Part shown: positions 60,428-64,000 of the stretch, piece after piece
Layout: each line of letters opens with the position of its first letter
Position numbering within the stretch: the first letter of the stretch is position 1
Source: a virus
Reading direction: 5' to 3' (one strand)
IMG/VR virus record: IMGVR_UViG_3300009370_000018
Coordinates: 4,396-68,395 of that record
Length of the DNA stretch: 64,000 bases
Made by a program: the position numbers and the translations under genes
The notes under the pieces: generated by a model
Seen by the model: only the letters and a program-made list of their open reading frames with translations
Told to the model about the DNA's origin: nothing
The model's database searches: none

Positions 60428-61018
60428 ATGCCCTTTAGCGTTGACGATTTTAAGAGTGGACTGACTCGTGGAGGAGCAAGGCCTAATCTATTTGAAGTCC
60501 AAATGGAATTTCCTGCATTGGCTTCAGGTTTAGGAGCCGATACGGGAATCAACAGAAAGATGACCTTCACATGTAAGGCTGCTTCGCTTCCAGAGTCTAC
60601 CATAGGGATGATTGACTTGCCATATTTTGGCCGTACTGCCAAATTTGCTGGGAATAGGACATATGGAGATTGGACTACAACAGTATTCAACGATGAAGAT
60701 TTTGCAGTCCATGATGGTGTTAGGAATTGGATTGAGTTAATGAATGGTCCATTGAGTAATATTAGATTGGCTGGATCTGTGAGACAGTATCAGACCGATG
60801 CGACAGTTTCGCAGTTTGGTATGAATGGTGATAGACTCAAGACCTTTACCTTTCATAATATTTGGCCTAGCACGTTATCTGCAATCGATCTTGATTGGGG
60901 AACAAATGATTCATTAGAAGAGCTTACGGTCACATGGCAATATGATTATTGGGTTGCGGGCTTTTCTGGAGAAGCAGGTGGCCTAACCAGTAAGGTTGTA
61001 GACTCGTTAAATTTCTAA
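60428..61018 (+). CDS. gp19: Tail tube protein gp19
   Basis: GGARPNLFEV, CKAASLP, GRTAKFAGNRTYGDWTTT..NDEDF, TVTWQYDYW. Confidence 0.96.
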   Translation: MPFSVDDFKSGLTRGGARPNLFEVQMEFPALASGLGADTGINRKMTFTCKAASLPESTIGMIDLPYFGRTAKFAGNRTYGDWTTTVFNDEDFAVHDGVRNWIELMNGPLSNIRLAGSVRQYQTDATVSQFGMNGDRLKTFTFHNIWPSTLSAIDLDWGTNDSLEELTVTWQYDYWVAGFSGEAGGLTSKVVDSLNF

Positions 61019-61050
61019 TAAATACAAGTGAAAATAAATAGATTTGGAGT

Positions 61051-61086
61051 GTGGGTCTTAACGGGCCCATGTTCTTTATCTTTCCT
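61051..61086 (+). terminator. Possible intrinsic terminator or RNA hairpin between gp19 and gp20
   Basis: gtgggtc-ttaacg-ggcccat stem with G-U pairs, followed by a pyrimidine-rich tract. Confidence 0.35.
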
Positions 61087-61109
61087 TAATCTAGATAGGA
61101 AATTATAAT

Positions 61110-62732
61110 ATGGCATTAAAGTTATTTGGTTTTAAAATTGGGAGGGAAGAGACTGATCAGGAGGCAGCATCAAAACCTAGTTTTGCTCTTCCTGAGAACG
61201 AAGATGGTGCAATTACCATCCAACCTACTTATGCTGTTGGCCAAGCCTATGGAAGTTATCTCGACCTAGAAGCCGCAGCAAAAAATGAAGCTGAACTTGT
61301 TACTCGTTATCGTGAAATGTCACTCTATCCAGAGTGTAGTTTTGCAATTGATGATATTGTCAATGAAACACTAGTTATTCAAGATAAGAAAGAACCTATT
61401 AGAATAGATCTTGACAATTTAGATCAGCCAAATGCTATCAAAACAAAAATATATGATGAATTTGATAACATTATACACCTCTTAGATTTCAATGACCATT
61501 GTTTTGATGTTTTTAGAAGATGGTATGTGGATGGGAGATTGTATTACCATATTGTTATTGACGTAGAGAATCCCAATCAAGGAATACAAGAACTAAGGGC
61601 CCTTGATCCCAGAAAAATTAGAAAAGTAAGAGAGACTAAAAAAGTTAAAGGACCTAATGATGTTCCCTTGATCAAAAAACCCAAAGAGTTTTTCATTTAC
61701 AATGAACAGGGGTTTGAACAGAAACAAGGGACGGATGTAAAGATCGCAAAAGACAGTATTCTACATGTCCACTCTGGCATTTTAAATTCCAAGAGAAACA
61801 TGGTGCTAGGGAATCTTCATCAATCTATCAAGCCTTATAATCAGCTTCGCATGATCGAAGATGCAGTAGTAATCTATAGAATCTCCCGCGCACCAGAGCG
61901 TAGAATTTTCTATGTTGACGTTGGGAATCTTCCTAAGATCAAGGCCGAACAATATCTACGAGATATTATGACACGATTCAAGAATCGTCTCGTTTATGAT
62001 TCTAATACAGGTGAGATTCGTGACGAACGAACTCATCGTACCATGCTAGAAGACTATTGGTTGCCCCGACGAGAGGGTGGTAGAGGTACAGAGATCACTA
62101 CCCTTCCTGGTGGACAAAATCTAGGAGAGATTGAAGACATTCAATATTTCCGAAAGAAGTTGTACCAGTCTTTGCGCGTTCCTGCATCCAGACTAGAGTC
62201 AGAATCAGGATTTAACATTGGTCGATCCGCAGAGATCACGCGCGACGAAGTTAAGTTTGGAAAATATATCTCAAGGGTGCGCCATCGTTTCAATCATCTT
62301 TTCTTGAATCTTCTTGAAACACAATTAAGACTAAAGGGTGTCATTGTAAAAGAAGATTGGGAAGATATGAAATCTTTTATTAAGTTCGATTATACAAAAG
62401 ATACACATTTCATGGAGCTTCAAGAAGCAGAGATGATAAGAAATCGTGTAGAGTTGGTGCGCGACATGGAAGAGTTTAAAGGTATGTACTACTCGGCCGA
62501 ATGGTTACGCAAAAATATTCTAAAGCAATCCGACGAAGAAATAGAAGAGATTGATAAGCAGATTAATGCAGAACCTGATCCTGAGCCCGTAGGCGGGGAT
62601 GAGTTTGGAGCACCACCAATGCCTCCAGCTCCTCCTGCGGCTGCCGGCCCTGCTCCTGCACCGGCTAGGCCCAATGGGAATGGCCGACCAAAATCTTCTA
62701 ATAACAATAATAATGGCCCAGGAGTTTCTTAG
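61110..62732 (+). CDS. gp20: Portal vertex protein gp20
   Basis: RRWYVDGR, NQLRMIEDAVVIYRISRAPERRIFYVDVGNLPK, EDYWLPRREGGRGTEITTLPGG. Confidence 0.97.
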   Translation: MALKLFGFKIGREETDQEAASKPSFALPENEDGAITIQPTYAVGQAYGSYLDLEAAAKNEAELVTRYREMSLYPECSFAIDDIVNETLVIQDKKEPIRIDLDNLDQPNAIKTKIYDEFDNIIHLLDFNDHCFDVFRRWYVDGRLYYHIVIDVENPNQGIQELRALDPRKIRKVRETKKVKGPNDVPLIKKPKEFFIYNEQGFEQKQGTDVKIAKDSILHVHSGILNSKRNMVLGNLHQSIKPYNQLRMIEDAVVIYRISRAPERRIFYVDVGNLPKIKAEQYLRDIMTRFKNRLVYDSNTGEIRDERTHRTMLEDYWLPRREGGRGTEITTLPGGQNLGEIEDIQYFRKKLYQSLRVPASRLESESGFNIGRSAEITRDEVKFGKYISRVRHRFNHLFLNLLETQLRLKGVIVKEDWEDMKSFIKFDYTKDTHFMELQEAEMIRNRVELVRDMEEFKGMYYSAEWLRKNILKQSDEEIEEIDKQINAEPDPEPVGGDEFGAPPMPPAPPAAAGPAPAPARPNGNGRPKSSNNNNNGPGVS

Positions 62733-62735
62733 TTT

Positions 62736-62743
62736 TATAAATA
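62736..62743 (+). promoter_or_regulatory. T4-type late promoter
   Basis: Exact TATAAATA after the gp20 stop. Confidence 0.85.
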
Positions 62744-62775
62744 GGGATACAGTTTTTTTATAGGAGGCAAAAGTA

Positions 62776-63126
62776 ATGAGTGTTAGAGATGCGATTAATT
62801 GTGCTCTTAATGATGATCCTACTGGAATGAAGGATAGTATTTTCGCTGCACTAGATTCTAAAGTTGCAGATGCATTAGAATTAGAAAAGATTTCTATGGC
62901 TAGTGAAATGTTCAACGAAAAGGCCGATGATGACGATGACGCCGAAGAAAACGGGAAGAAGAAAAAGAAGAAGAACCCGTTTGCGAAGAATGGCGATGAT
63001 GATGACAACGGCGACGATGAGAATGGAAATGGCGACGATGACGACAACGGCGACGATGATAATGATGATGACAATGGAAAAAAGAAAAAGAAAAAGAAAA
63101 ATGGAGACGATGAAGAGGACGACTAA
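62776..63126 (+). CDS. Prohead core protein gp67-like with a D/K low-complexity tail
   Basis: Directly after gp20; AALDSKVADALELEKISMASEMF; strong RBS aggagg. Confidence 0.7.
   Translation: MSVRDAINCALNDDPTGMKDSIFAALDSKVADALELEKISMASEMFNEKADDDDDAEENGKKKKKKNPFAKNGDDDDNGDDENGNGDDDDNGDDDNDDDNGKKKKKKKNGDDEEDD
62925..63123 (+). repeat. Low-complexity coding repeat (NGDDD units and poly-Lys tracts)
   Basis: Repeated gacaacggcgacgatga-like units and two aag/aaa tracts. Confidence 0.75.
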
Positions 63127-63128
63127 TC

Positions 63129-64000
63129 ATGCCTAAAACATTTCGAGAGATTAGACAAGATAGACGGCAACATATGTGGGAAGTTGCGGCCGACCGAGAG
63201 GACGACAAAAACGTCAAACTTGGTCCAGATAAGGTCGCTTCTGATCCTTCTGATCCAGACGAGTTTGACGAACTTGAAGATGACCTTGATCGCACACACA
63301 CAGAAGTCGATGCTGTACGTCCAATCTATGTAAAAGATAAACTTGGGCAGTATACTACAGCCGCTGGTCGTGTGACATCATCCGGCACAATGGCACAGAT
63401 GACACAACAGGCTGCAACCAAGAACCTAAAGTCTGAGTACATGCAAGAAGAAGTTGAAGAAGAGCTTGATGAAAATGCGTTTGATACTTTAAAGAAAATC
63501 GTTGCAAGAAAACAGGCCCAGACGATTAGATTAGAAGATGGGTCTAGTATGGCAGTTGACATGACGACAGCCAATGCCCTCCTGGCTGTTCATGGTGCAT
63601 TAAATGTACACAATCAAAAAAAGATGGCAGGTCTTTTAAATGCTAATAAGGCTGGCTTTGCAAAGATGAGCAAGTTTGCATTTAAGCAATTTGGTGCTCC
63701 TCTTGGGAAACTGGCCAATGCTCCTGTTTCGGAGGAAGATGTCGAAGAAGCGAAGGGCTATGCATCAATACCTGCAAATCCAAACACCACGGCAGAACGA
63801 GATAGGGATAGGAAAGCAAAGATTGCCAGAGCAGCAAAGGCTCGCGAAAAAGATCAGGCAAAGAATAAAGAACCCGGCGTAAAGCAGCGTAAAATCCCTG
63901 GAGTTTATACTAAGTATCGTAAGGGTAATGAGAAGTTTAGTGAAGACGTAGAGATTGATGAAGGTGGAATGGGCGGAAAGGCAAAGAAGGCTGGAAAATA
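63129..64000 (+). CDS. Putative internal head/prohead core protein (3' truncated; absent from the ORF track)
   Basis: Manual translation from ATG 63129 (MPKTFREIR...EEELDENAFDTLKKIVARKQAQTIRLEDGSSMAVDMTTANALL...) stays open to the window end; charged, with LDE/IDE/VEE sites. Confidence 0.75.
   Translation, partial: MPKTFREIRQDRRQHMWEVAADREDDKNVKLGPDKVASDPSDPDEFDELEDDLDRTHTEVDAVRPIYVKDKLGQYTTAAGRVTSSGTMAQMTQQAATKNLKSEYMQEEVEEELDENAFDTLKKIVARKQAQTIRLEDGSSMAVDMTTANALLAVHGALNVHNQKKMAGLLNANKAGFAKMSKFAFKQFGAPLGKLANAPVSEEDVEEAKGYASIPANPNTTAERDRDRKAKIARAAKAREKDQAKNKEPGVKQRKIPGVYTKYRKGNEKFSEDVEIDEGGMGGKAKKAGK

Noticed and set aside
56623-62732. Introns, inteins or homing endonucleases in gp17-gp20
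   Set aside because: The genes are contiguous and of typical length, with no intein or HNH/GIY-YIG motifs seen
62520-63301. Ser-rich and Arg/His-rich minus-strand ORFs and the Met/Thr-rich ORF at 62903
   Set aside because: Other-frame readings of the Asp/Lys low-complexity repeat
1-64000. TAG recoding (genetic code 15)
   Set aside because: TAG terminates gp6, gp13, gp17 and gp20 at normal lengths, and genes are not fragmented under the standard code
1-64000. Minus-strand and alternate-frame short ORFs in the track
   Set aside because: They overlap well-supported + strand genes and show no recognisable motifs; treated as shadow ORFs
1-64000. CRISPR arrays, tRNA or rRNA genes
   Set aside because: Intergenic gaps are about 100 nt or less, with no spaced direct repeats or cloverleaf signatures seen

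Overview
A single + strand late (virion structural) region of a large T4-like myophage with the marine/environmental gene order. It runs gp53 (5' truncated), hub-like gene, gp5 split over two genes, gp25, gp6 (interrupted by one in-frame TGA), gp7, gp8, a 2907-aa DUF4815/VrlC-like protein, then a ~30 kb fibre/adhesin island, then gp13-gp20, a gp67-like gene and a 3'-truncated head core protein. T4 late promoters (TATAAATA) occur throughout. The island holds most of the novelty. It encodes a 4822-aa hierarchically repeated fibre, three paralogous proteins that share one scaffold but carry different inserted domains, and an RcGTA-type head-spike base/fibre pair. A gp38-like glycine-rich adhesin module occurs twice, once in the 2089-aa putative tail-fibre protein and once in the putative head spike, and each copy is followed by the same pair of small accessory genes. 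Family assignments come from motif recognition by eye; no database search was run.
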